DNA from: Lama glama
Taxonomy: Eukaryota
Assembly (NCBI GenBank): GCA_028534125.1
Contig: CM052816.1
Coordinates: forward strand, 47,742,001 to 47,806,000
Direction: 5' to 3'
DNA length: 64,000 nucleotides
Program-made: the position numbers and the translations under genes
The notes under the pieces: generated by a model
What the model saw: the letters and a program-made list of their open reading frames with translations, nothing else
Database searches by the model: none
Told to the model about the DNA's origin: nothing
Shown: in pieces, positions 26,705-38,682 of the stretch
Layout of the letters: each line of letters begins with the position of its first letter
Numbering within the stretch: the first letter of the stretch is position 1

Positions 26705-29700
26705 GTATTAATTTGTGTTTTAACTCAGATCACACTTAGTCACTCAGCTTATTCCTTCCCAGAGTCCTGAGTTTTTCAGTTAAGATTCCCTTTGTGACTG
26801 TAGTCCTATCTATCTCCTGTGGTTGAGGGTTGGTGAGAGCAACTGAGGGAAGAAATGGAATCACTTTTTAAAGAACCTTTAAAATGTGAATAAGATTTTC
26901 AAGCTAAGAGGATCCATTTATGACGGAAGTAGAAGTAAATCCAGGTGATCCTCAAAAGATGGATACAGCTTTCAACATATGGCAAATTGAGGAGGTTTGT
27001 GAACTAGTAAGCCACTTGAGTGTAGCAAATACGAATGCCTTGTTTTATCATTAGTCTGCTGGGCAGCATGTGTGGCACATGGAATTCGGTAGAGACTCAC
27101 TGAATGAATAACGCGCTAGTGAACTTCCAATGAACTTCAGTTGAGCTATAGAGAGTCACAGCTGATACATAAATGCACACTGAGAAGCAGGCTCTGTGAT
27201 GAGCACTTGATGTGAATTAAATTTCACTTGATTCTGACAATAATATCTTGCTCACAGATTGATTAAATATATTTATTTATAATTAACTGAAGCACAGGCT
27301 AGCAGTAAATTAAGACTTTCTGAATTTTTACCTTTAATTTCTTTATGACCTTTGAAGTTCTGCTTAATTTCATTCCTGGAAATAGTTGAGGAAAGATGAT
27401 AAAACTTGCTAAATTTAAACTGTTTTACATGTATGTAATCCTTTATCTGTAATTTCAGAATGCAATAATGCTACGGTGGCAGGAAACATGAACAGATGTG
27501 ATTTAGTCTTTATTCAATTTAATGGGACAATTTTTAGGTTTCCTTGCAGAAATATTACTATTACAGATTACAGGATTCTGCCTGGAAATATCATCGAAGT
27601 ATTTCATATTCCATGATATATATACCTTGTTACCTTTCTAAGACATGAAAAATTCTGAATTTCAAAACAAATCCAAGATAAGGGATTGTGAGCTTATATT
27701 TGTTTTAATTTGTGGTATGCTGCCTCTCTCCAAACACAGTTCACCAACTGTGTACAAATATATACATTTCATCCCAGTGATCTACACCTCCATTTATGTA
27801 CTAAGCAAACCTTTATTGAGTGCCTTGTGTGTCCCATGCACTGTACTGTACTGCCAGAGTGTAAGAATGAACAAGCTAAATCCTCCCTTTAGCTAGGAAG
27901 CACAGCTGTACAAATAATTGATATCCACCAAGGTTGTGGGTGTGGAGCTTCCATTCTCTTAAGGGAAGAAAGCCTCTTTTCCACAGTTCAAACAACCAAA
28001 TGTTTGCTTATACTGCTGAAGCATTGTATCTTATGCAGTGTATATGCAGATTCTACAATGGTGTAATTTCTCTTACATCAGCAGAAAGGGATGAAGCATC
28101 CCAAGGTCCAAATTAGAGTTTATTTCATCTTAGAAGTTTAATTAGTTATAATTTCTGATAGGCAAGTGAAAGTGAAATTGTGGTACCTTAGGCTCATTGC
28201 AAATCAAATACACTTCTGTTACACTCCCAGGGACCATAGACATTTGGGCATTTTTTTCTGTGAGGAAATGCTTTCAAATCATTTTTAACTTGTGACTTCT
28301 TTTACTGCTTTTGGAATATGTAGAAATTGCATTTACATTCATTACTGATTTCAAAAGGGGAAGTCCTTGTGCTATTATATTCTTACTGATGAGTTTAGAT
28401 TACTACTCATTGGATGTTCTGTTGTTAGTTCTGGGTTTTTTTCTTTTTCATTGGGTTTAGAGCTTTATTTCTCATCTCCTAGTTTGACTTCTTAGATAAT
28501 TCTTGCTTGTCTAAGGATTTTTTTTTAAAAATCAAAACATTAAAATTCAAATTCAGGATTGATAGTAAGAGCTGCTAACTTTAAAAAGTTTCACAGAGGT
28601 GAAAAGTCTGGTCAGCTCACTCTTAGAACCAATTGTATGACTTGTAAGCTTAAGAAGTGGAAAGAAAGAATGAAAAGAAACAAAAAAAGGTGCCAAAAGT
28701 GTGAGGAGTTTAGGGAGAAAAGGGAAAGGGGAAAAACTAATTGTTATTTTGAATTACTTGTAACCAGAAATGTATCAGTTGTTAAGGGAGTTACTGATCT
28801 CCATATCTAAAATGAATTCCCACAACAGATGATGAAGATGTAATAGCAAAGTTAGTTATCAGAACTTTGTAATATAATTTAAATAATCTGTAAATGGTTT
28901 AAGAGACATATAGCAACAAAATTTCTGAAAGAATTGTCTAATTTGTGTAACTTTGTCATTGAAGAGAAAAATTAATTTTTTACATTCATGTTTGAAAGAT
29001 TACTTTGCCTTGAGAATCTGTTCACTTGGGCTTTTATCAATTATAGATCAAGTTCAAGTATTAAAAAAACCTCAGAGTAACTAAAAAATTAAATATAGAA
29101 ATTATTTTCATATTATTGGTTCCAAAAAAACAGCTGATTGGGCTTTATATTCATTTATGGGAAAGTATTAACTCCTTTGCTTTGGACTTGATGCAAAAAA
29201 AAATGTAATAGACTTATAAAGCATTGGGTGATATTCTTACTCGTTTGAATACCTGTTAGTTTCAAGAAGAGCAACTGTAGGTAACCTGGACTTGATAGTA
29301 AGGGGAGAGAGAATCCTTCCTAGTGCCAGGTTCCAGCCCAGACGCTGTCTGACTTTATTCGTAACTTGTCTGTCCCTCAGACTCAGAGTCCTCATCTGTA
29401 CCATGAGGTTAGACTCATAGGTATATATCTTAAACACTTAACATTAAAAGTATTGAGTATCGCTAGTGTTAGTTTTATATCATTTTCCCTCTGAATATAT
29501 TACAGAATTTACATAAATTAATTTGAACATTAAGCATCTTTTTAATCTAAGTTGTAGTAAATACTTTATAGTTTTGTGCAGCTCAGAGTACTGTTATTTA
29601 ACAATTTTAAAGTAAATTTATTTAAAAATTGAACTTGATGAAATGAACATGGAGGAAAATAATTTATGATGTCCTATTTCTCAAGATTCTGTATGTGTTC

Positions 29701-29710
29701 AGTGTATTAA

Positions 29711-29809
<99 letters not shown>

Positions 29810-30210
29810 TAAAACTTTATAAAATGTTCTATTACAAAACTACTTTCTCTAAATCAATAACATCTTGGTATTCACCTTGAGATAACATATAGATTGTTGT
29901 TTAGATTAGACTTTTATTGAGTTATTTATCATGGAGGCATGAAGGGTACATTGAGGAGGAACAAATAGAAGGTACATGAAAGGAAGTAGTTTTCACACAT
30001 ACAGAACTTTTAGGAAAGTGAAAATATAATCAGATTCAGCAAGGGTTGAGATTCAAAACATGGTTCTTTTAAAGTGTACCCAAATATGGGCACTGCAAAA
30101 GATCTAAAGGAACAAAAGGCTAATTAAATTTGAAACTTTTATTTTGTAGATTAATCAACTAATTAATATGTGTCATTTGCCAGTAATTTTGTTATTTGAT
30201 ATTACAAAAG

Positions 30211-30885
30211 CCATGGTTCTCAACAGGGTATGATTTTTTTGCAATGTCTGCAGACATTCTTGGTTGTCTCAACTTGTGCATGGAGGTAAGAGAGCTGCTA
30301 AACATCTTAAAATTCACAGCACTGCCCCTTGGTAGGCTGAGAAATGGCTCCCCAAAGATACCCACATTTTAATTCCTGGAAACTGAATATTACTTTACAT
30401 GGCAAAACTTTTTTAAAAAGTCTTTGCAGATATGATAAAGGTAAGGATTTTGAGATGAAGACATTATCCTGGACTGTCCAGGTAGGGTCTAAATGTAATC
30501 AAAAGAGTCCTTTTTAGAGCAAGGCAGTGGGAGGTTTCACACAGAGAAGGAAACGTGAAGACAGAGCAGAGATTTGAAGATATTGGCCTTTAAAATTGGA
30601 GTGATACGGCCACAAGCTCAGGGATGCTGGCAACCCCCAGAAGCTGGGACAGAAACCTCCAGAGAGAGAGTGCCACTGCCAGTATTTTGATTTTGGCCCA
30701 TTGAAACTGATTTCAGACTCTCAGGCTTCAGGACTGTGGGAGAATCCATGTCTGATGTTTTAATAAGTCTTACTTAAGTAAGTTTTGGTAATTTTTAATA
30801 GCAGCCTCAGGAAACGAACACAGCTTCTCACAACAAAGAATTGTCCAGCCAAATTGTCAGTAGCATCGATGCTGAGAAACACTGT
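30211..30885 (+). mobile_element. MER20-like hAT-Charlie element split by the MLT1D-like LTR
   Basis: tggttctcaac...gcaatgtctgcagacatt.ttggttgtc..aact...gctgctaaacatc on the left; cacaacaaagaatt.tccagcc.aaa.tgtca.tag...gctgagaaacactg on the right. Confidence 0.7.
30329..30822 (+). mobile_element. MLT1D-like (ERVL-MaLR) solo LTR in CCNH intron 6
   Basis: tggtaggctga..aatggctcccaaagat start; ttttgagatg...attatcctgga core; ggtaattt..atagcagc..caggaaacgaacaca end. Confidence 0.8.
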
Positions 30886-32236
30886 CTTAAGCGTTCAATT
30901 AGACTCTCCACTAAATCAGTTGGCTAGATGAGCCGGTCCTCTCCATTCTGTGTTCTTGGTCATGTCACACTGAATGCTTGTGGCTTCTAGGCTTCTCTTT
31001 AGTTAGTTGTGTTTGCTTTCCAAAAATTTTGTGCCAGGTGTCTTATTAATGGAATTTGTGGTTTAAATACTGAATAAATCAATAAAATATGAGATTGAAG
31101 ATGTAGATCTTGGATGATAGTAAATGGGTGTACGTCTATGTTTTATGTTTTGAAAGTTAAGATGCTTCAGGACATACAAGTATCATTTCTTGATTCTTTG
31201 CTTGAAATGACCTTGAGGGCTTCCCTGTTTCATTGAGAATGACGTGGGTTTGTGATTTATGAAATCATAAAACTGTAGGTTTTCAGTTATACCACTAGAG
31301 GGTTCACTTCCAAAGCTAACTGATTTGACATATATATTAGGTTCAGGGAATTTAGTAGGTAGAAAGGGTCTTAAAGGTAACCCACTGTGCTCTTTCTATG
31401 GCTGACAGCTTTTATTACTGATGTCATTTCAGTACCTTTATTTCAGTTCACTTGTTTTAATAAGAAATAAGACTAGCTCTTGATAAAACACTGAGCTTTA
31501 ATGATATTAAGATACTTTATTCATAATTTTTCAGACAAAGATACTGTCCTAAGAGTATTGAGTCACAAACATTAATTCAGTTGAAAACACTGCATTATGT
31601 GCATTATGAAGTAAGTCACTCATTTGGAGCATGTGGCTGGCTAATAAACCCTGAATCTCATCATTCCCCTGTAAATCTTGAGATTTATATTCTTTGGTTT
31701 ATTGTAAATGGACCAGATAGAGGATGTTTTTGTGATTTTAAAGTCACTGATATAGTAGTTTGCTTTTAGCCTAAAGAAAACATTTTTATTTTCCTGGTGA
31801 TGCTTCATTATATAGGTCCTGCATCACATGTTCCGTAATAGTGGTTTCCTTTGTAAGTAAGCAGCACACTTGGCCCACCATCTGTAGGAGAGGGTGCTGT
31901 GAATGTGGCTGGTGGCAGGGAACAAAGCATGTTTACTGAATCATGTGGGGTTTTTTTAGAAGACTTAAAAACTGAGCAAAAAGTGACAATGGTAGGATTT
32001 GAAAAAAAAATACTAGTAAGAACATGCTTATCTTCATGCTGTACATGACACAGGCTAAGCAGCAGGCAGCTACTACACCTTGAAGTGTGGTGGTCATTGG
32101 GTTTTAATGTGGAACAATATTAAACCTGATAAAAAAAATCACATTTTAAGAGTGTTTTGTTCTTGTTCCTAAAATTAGATTGGAAAATATTATTTGACTT
32201 CCTTATGAGAACAAGCCTTTTTATTATCTGGTATAA

Positions 32237-32377
<141 letters not shown>

Positions 32378-33526
32378 TGAGTAGATGTGACACGGTGACT
32401 CAGGAATAGAGACAACTGCCACTGTGTCTGGTTGGTCCTTAAATCATTTAAGTGGGAAAGGTTTGCTCACACTGGGAAACTGACTTACCCATTAAATCAG
32501 ATTTTTTTTGTTTGAGTGTACATTTCTAACAGGATTAAGCACATTCTAACAGGATTAAGCACAAAATACTCAAGAATTTGGCTTTCATAGTGTATTCCTC
32601 TTCCTGCTATGACTAATGTGTTCTTTGGCTTGCAAGCCCTGACCTGTCCTTTTATTCCTTGTGGGATCCCCTGGGGCAGTCTTCCTAGGGAATTCCTGAA
32701 CCTTTTCTTGCCCTTTTAATCTTTGGGTTCTCTGTAGGTCTGGTTATCTTCTCTGAAGAACAAGTACACTGTTCCAGGCTTATTTCTGTTAGCTAGGGTA
32801 GGGAAACTTGGCATGTTTTCTCTCAGTGGTAAGCTTTATACTCAAGACAGAACCAGTAGGAAAATGTGCTGTGAGCTCTCTTCTTGCAGCTGTAAGGAAC
32901 ACTGTAACGTCTCATTGATGTGTAGGCTGAATGGGGAAATCACCATATTTAGGCTCTCTGTGCTTTGAGATTTGAAGGATCTACTTTAACCTTTTAGGAG
33001 TTTAAACAGTTGGGGGTTTGTGCAGGTAATAGAAATGGTAAAACTGTTATTTTCTATTTTCTGTGGATGCATTCTGGTTCAAAAGTTCTAATTTATTTAG
33101 AACTTTATGAGAAAATTTAGTGGGAGTTAGCTCTGGCTTCTTACAGTTGAGATGCATTTGAGCTGTTTTTGATCTCTATAACTGGTGAATATATGCTACT
33201 GGATAATACATGAGAAGCCAGAAACAGCATTCCAAGGACTAGAGGTCAGATACAGGACTCAGATTCTTTAAAGTTGTAGTGGAGTATCCAAGGACTTGTG
33301 AAGTGTGTGAAATATGGGACTATTTTATTAAAATTGTAGCTATAACTGCAAAACATGGCTTAGCACAGAACTTAAAATTGGTAATTTCATTCTTGGGTTT
33401 CAGTGGTAACTAAGAGGAATGAAGGAGAGTTTACAGAAAAGTAAAGGAAAATGTTGACTTCAATGAATGAGATTACTGCAGCAGTGATTATGATATTCTC
33501 ACACTGATTTGGAAATGGGCTTAGAC

Positions 33527-33732
33527 CAGGGGTTGGCAAAGTATGGCCCATGGGTCAGTACCTGTTTTGGAAAATTTTATTGGGACATAGATGTACCCAT
33601 TAGTTTGCATATTGGGTATAGCTGTTTTCACTCTGTAGCAGAAGAGCTGGGTTGTTGTAACAGAAACTACATGGCCTACAGGGCCTAAAATATTTACTTT
33701 CTGGCCTTTTAAAGAAAATTTTGTCAACCTCC
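33527..33732 (-). mobile_element. MER58A-like DNA transposon (MITE)
   Basis: caggggttggcaaa terminus; gcctaaaatatttactttctggccttttaaagaaaa.tttgtcaacc other end. Confidence 0.75.
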
Positions 33733-34926
33733 ACATTAGACCCTTGATCCTACCCCTTCTAGCTAGGTAACTGAATGAAGCATAATCCAAAATTCCTGAT
33801 TGCCAGAATTGACATCTTACTCCAAGTGACCATCTGCTTTGTACCATGTAAGTCCTGCATTATCTATGAGTACTTGAGTGGTGCTTCTCAAACTGTCTGT
33901 AAAGGACTGTTGGTATTCATTTTAAGCCATTATAGACCTATGCGTTTGTAAAATATAACAACCAACAAATTACTGGAAAATGAAATCTAAAAGACGTAAA
34001 ATATAAGGTTAAATTTTATTAGATTCAACAGCCATAAATTAAATAATTGCTATAAAAATTTCTAAACATACAGTCAGGTTCTGTACTTGTCTCATTGCAC
34101 ACTGGAAATGGTTCATGGACCTGCACTGGTGCATGGACCACACTTACAAGCACTACTTTAGGATGAAATATGTTTTCCCTTGGTCTTTAAAATTCTCGTA
34201 TCTTTTTTCGATACAGAAGTAGTATATTGTCAGTATTAAAGTCAGATAATACAGGTAAACCAAAGTTCTCTTTGACCAAAACGCAAATCCCAGTTGTGAC
34301 CTGAGAGGTAACTTATAGTTGGTGTTTACCTTTGTCACGCTTTACGCTGTGCATGTGGAATTTTTCATTGTTTCCATACATACCGTACAACATTAACAGA
34401 AGCAGTTTTAACTTTCTCCGATCTGGGTGAAAAGGTAGTATCCAGTTGATACTTTTAATTTGTGTTTCCCCTATAACTAGAAGGCATTGATTTTCTGTGT
34501 TTAACAGTCATTATTGTATTGCTTAATTATGACCCCTGCCCAGTTTTCTGGTGTTATTTTCTTATAGTTCTTTATATATTTTATATACTCATCTTCTTAC
34601 ATATACATCTATTTTCTGTTGTTTCTTTCACTTTGTGATATAGGAAGTTTGTCTTTTGTACTCTTAACATTTGTATACCTTTTCTTACCTAAATTAAGAT
34701 GTATCTTATTTTTGCCTTTTATTCAGCTGTTAAACATACTTAGAATTGTGACTGATATGAGATAGAAATCTCATTAATTTTTGTTCAAATAAGTAATCTG
34801 GTATACCAGCCATTTTAAAATATTTTATAATTTTCTCTAGTTAATCAATTACAGATTAAATCCCCATATATCCTTTGTTTTTTGCCTATATGCTCTGATC
34901 ATCAATCTGTGTAATTCTTTGCTAAT

Positions 34927-35072
34927 ACAGTCAAGCACTCCGTATCTGTGGGCGCAGAGGGCCGACTGTACTATTGCCATTTTATGTTAAGGGACTTCAG
35001 CACCCATGAATTTTGGTATCTGGCAGGGGTCCTGGAACTGATTCCCACAGATACCTATGAGGGACAACTACC
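34927..35072. mobile_element. TcMar-Tigger-derived MITE remnant
   Basis: TA-flanked cagtc..cctccgtatctgtggg and gggactt.agcaccc.tgaattttggtatc...ggggtcctggaac...gagggacaact motifs. Confidence 0.6.
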
Positions 35073-35299
35073 ACACTTTTAATTGCCATAGTTTTTATAT
35101 ACACACATACAGAATTGATAAGTTCCACTTAATAGAATTGCATTGAATTTAAAGAGTAATTTGAAAGATATACCTACAAGCCTGGATAAATGCAAAGAGA
35201 TGAAGAATTATGGACAGGAAAACAGTATATCATAGCCTTGCTAGTTTATAGATTCTGTTGCCAGTATTAGATTGCTTATTGATGGTGGCTTAATTACAG

Positions 35300-35360
35300 G
35301 AAGAAGAGGAAAGGTTATGAAGATGATGATTATGTCTCAAAGAAATCCAAACATGAGGAG
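35300..35360 (+). CDS. CCNH: Cyclin H exon 8
   Basis: Acceptor ttacag|, 61 nt, KKRKGYEDDDYVSKKSKHEE (basic NLS-like patch and Ser304), donor |gtatgt. Confidence 0.96.
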
Positions 35361-35947
35361 GTATGTTCTCCAAAGGTAAATTTTTTAAGTTATTGTTGTA
35401 TATTCTTGTGTTAAGATTTTATTGTTCCAGAGTGCAAGCATTAGAGGTGTAGGTACTAAAAAAATTTAATTTTTTTGGCATCCTTTATGTACACTGTCCA
35501 ATAACATTATGACAGCAGGTTTTCTCACTTTTGTCTGAGGCTGTTCTGAAAGTGTATAGTATTGAAATAGTCATAGTATATAATAGTTACTTGAAGAATT
35601 CCTCCTAAGGCCACAGAAGGCAGTAAGGATATACATACATGCAAAATTTTTGCTGCATTTTAATCTTCAAGGATTCCTTAAAAAAAAAAAGCCTGGCAAG
35701 GCAAATATAAATGAATATTCAGAGGAATAAGGTCACAACTGTAATCTTTATTCCTGTCACTGGAGTAGTTTGGTGGACCATGCCATATTATTATAAGGTT
35801 AAACTGCTACAGATTTTCCCATTTTATTTATCTTCTATAAACAGCATCGCAGGGGAGGACATTCTTCTAAAGGCAGGCAAGAAGGTAAACAGTACTGGTT
35901 ATGCTTCAGTATAATGTTATCCTTACGACATTTTCTTTCCTTCTTAG

Positions 35948-35986
35948 GAGGAATGGACTGACGATGACCTGGTAGATTCTCTCTAA
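35948..35986 (+). CDS. CCNH: Cyclin H exon 9 (coding part, to stop)
   Basis: Acceptor ttcttag|, EEWTDDDLVDSL*; the nine exons sum to 972 nt = 323 aa plus stop, the length of cyclin H. Confidence 0.96.
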   Translation, partial: EEWTDDDLVDSL

Positions 35987-36153
35987 ACCATTTGAAATTG
36001 ATTTGTCAGTGCTAAAACTAATCAACAGAAGGATGAAGCATATCTGGCCATTTAACCTTATTTAAAAATGAAATAATGTAAAAGCATCAAAATATATTAA
36101 GCTTTTCTATTTGTTATTTAAATTCTTTTCCTTTCAGAGTAGTTTTATCTGAA

Positions 36154-36159
36154 ACTAAA
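36154..36159 (+). terminator. Candidate non-canonical CCNH poly(A) signal (ACTAAA)
   Basis: ACTAAA about 170 nt after the stop; there is no AATAAA on + between 35987 and 37557; an alternative ATTAAA lies at 36329-36334. Confidence 0.4.
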
Positions 36160-37615
36160 CATCTTCAAAGGAGCCAGAATAAGTACCTGGTTTGGGCAGT
36201 CTTGCCCCCACCATGACTAATATCAAACCATTTTCTATAGTAGCCAAATTTAAACTATAGAACCTATATTTTAAACAAAATGTAATAAGCAAACGTACCA
36301 AAAGTTTTGTTCTTGTGGTACCCTTTTTATTAAAGGGTAAGTCAGTTTTAAAAGTGCTAAGGAATATTGGCTATTACACTTGTTAAATTATTTAACTGTG
36401 ATGTTAGTTTCTAAGTTGGAACCAAATTACGGATGTCTGTCAAGTTTTTTTTTCCTTGGAAAATGGGTTTGAAGGAGTTCTGAGAAAGATACACACATAC
36501 CTCTCCTCAATGTCAGTGTATCCCAGGCTGTACTTTTCCACGAAGTGTAGGGACCATTTAGTTACATCTTAGCATTTGAGAGTAATATTTACTATGTTCA
36601 TATTGTTCTCTAATAATTCTTTATATTTGTATTTTAGGCTTGAGTTTTGGGGTTTTAGTTTCTGGAATGAGAGGACTAGAATTCAGAAGAGGAGTGGAAG
36701 AAGCCAAAGTTGACAATCCTCCAGGGCAACCCAGGTTAAGTAGCACTGTTGCCAGCCTCTAGACAGAACTGCCAACTGTTCACAATTTCTCATTTCTCTT
36801 TTAGGTCACTAAAGTTTGGCATCAGAGCAAGGTCCACACTTTTGGCAGAAAATTTTCCTCCTCAGCCCCTTTAAAAAAATGTTTTAGAGGCATTATTTCA
36901 TCACTGACCAGCTAGTTACTCCAAGGCCAACAAAGGTAAAATGACAGATTTCCTATTCCAGCTTAAGAGATGAGCATGTCAGGAATTTACAAAAAGCAGG
37001 ATGACTTTAGGTTTACAGAGGCATTTCAGATTGAGGAATGGGAGAGAAAGGAAGGGTCACGCACTAGAATCTGGAGACAAATGGCACATACCTATGATGG
37101 AAGTCTAGCTGCAGAGCAGGAGGGATGGAAAAGGAACACAGGGTGTGCTGAGCATTCTGCTCTACTCCAGGACTAGCTTACTGCCATACACCTTAATAGC
37201 TCAAAACTATACTACACAGAAATCTTCTGAACCCTCCATTAGTTAACACTTTATCCTACCCCTTTTTTAAAGTTTGTTTTTACCTACTCTTGGAACCTGG
37301 ATATTTAGAAAGTATTTTACTGTGGAAAATGCTTTCCCTAATACATCCGGGTCTCACCCACTTTGGTGTGCCTCCCCCCACCCCCGCACAATTATGGGAG
37401 GGAAAGAATTATTACCCCTACCAAATACACAATGAATGGATTAATGGACTACTTCTCAAGAGACCATTGGCCAGAAAAAAATCTGACATTTCATCTTCTC
37501 CCTGGACCTTGCTCTGGTACTAAATTATTACTGTTCCTAAAGGAGGAAGAAAATAATAATAAATGTTTAGCTGTATTTAGACAGAAGTAATCAATTATTC
37601 AAGATATCCCTCAGT

Positions 37616-37621
37616 TTTATT
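37616..37621 (-). terminator. Candidate distal polyadenylation signal of RASA1
   Basis: TTTATT on + = AATAAA on -, about 1 kb past the stop codon. Confidence 0.65.
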
Positions 37622-37875
37622 TTAACTTACCCCTGTGAATACTTCACAAAAATACACATATAGAAGCAAATGAAACTAAATATCCAGCAGATACAACAAG
37701 TAGTCAGAAGGTCAAAGATGGAAAGCTGTTAAGTAGATGATGAGACTGTTTGCATAATTTAAAAAATCAACGTGGAATTAAGAAACATACTTTCAACAAA
37801 AGCATTCTACGGGTGTTTTCTATAAAACGGCTGAATGGGTAACATGCATTTATCAGTACATAGTGACCAATAATA

Positions 37876-37881
37876 TTTATT
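37876..37881 (-). terminator. Candidate proximal polyadenylation signal of RASA1
   Basis: TTTATT on + = AATAAA on - inside the 3' UTR. Confidence 0.45.
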
Positions 37882-38598
37882 GAACTCAAACTATTTACTG
37901 TTGTAAACATTTATCAAAAGCATTATGAGATCTAAATACAGTCTTTGACAATTCCAACAAACAAAATAAGTGGTATGTTTAAAAAATAAAGCTGATGAGC
38001 AATAGATCGATTCTATATATTTTCTTTCAACAGTTCCAGCAAAGAGAAATAGCACAGTTATTTTTTTTAAAAAAAAAAGTATACAGCAAAGATTGTTCCT
38101 ATTATAATGGCAAACTCTGGAAACTGTAAATACAAATAAAGTCATTGAACAGTCAAACGGTCATAGTCCTAATTCAGGAAGAAGTTATAATAAGAACAGT
38201 CTGCAATCCAGTTATACTTAACAGAATGCTTTTTCTTAGTTGATAGGTCTTTTTCCAAGAGACAGCAAAACTTTGGCAATTCGATGTACTGAAAATATAT
38301 TTTCAAAGTTCAAGATACAGTCAGCATTGTGTGAAAGGTGATCTGTACACCAAGGCTCAGAGGTTGGTAAAGGTTAATTCCATATGTGGAAAAAGTGCAA
38401 ATATCCTGCACAGATAGCTTACAAAGCTGCTGGCACAGTTACTCACCAGCAGAATCTTGGGTGTTGTTTGCATAGCTCACACATCACTGGAATGTGGAAA
38501 GGTGTGCTATTTTTGGCAAGAGCAAAAGAGACATTATACGGATGTGAATTACCATGTTGGGCATGCTGAATCCATGCAGAATGCTGAGGCGAAGGCTG

Positions 38599-38682
38599 CT
38601 ACCTGACATCATTAGTTTTTGTATACTGGTTTTGTTTCTGTTGAAGCAGTTCTGTTATAGCCAGAAGTTTTTTCAGTACATG
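38599..38682 (-). CDS. RASA1: RASA1 exon 25 (coding part, to stop)
   Basis: tgtctag|, HVLKKLLAITELLQQKQNQYTKTNDVR* with TAG at 38601-38599. Confidence 0.97.
   Translation of the reverse strand, partial: HVLKKLLAITELLQQKQNQYTKTNDVR

Larger units (their letters stand above)
37595..38598 (-). other. RASA1: RASA1 3' UTR (distal end approximate)
   Basis: About 1 kb of AU-rich, repeat-free sequence between the stop codon and the minus-strand AATAAA hexamers; dense in miRNA seed matches. Confidence 0.75.

Noticed and set aside
35945..35950. NAGNAG tandem acceptor (TAG GAG) at CCNH exon 9
   Set aside because: GAG is a poor distal acceptor and would only remove one Glu from an EEEE run; no evidence of use
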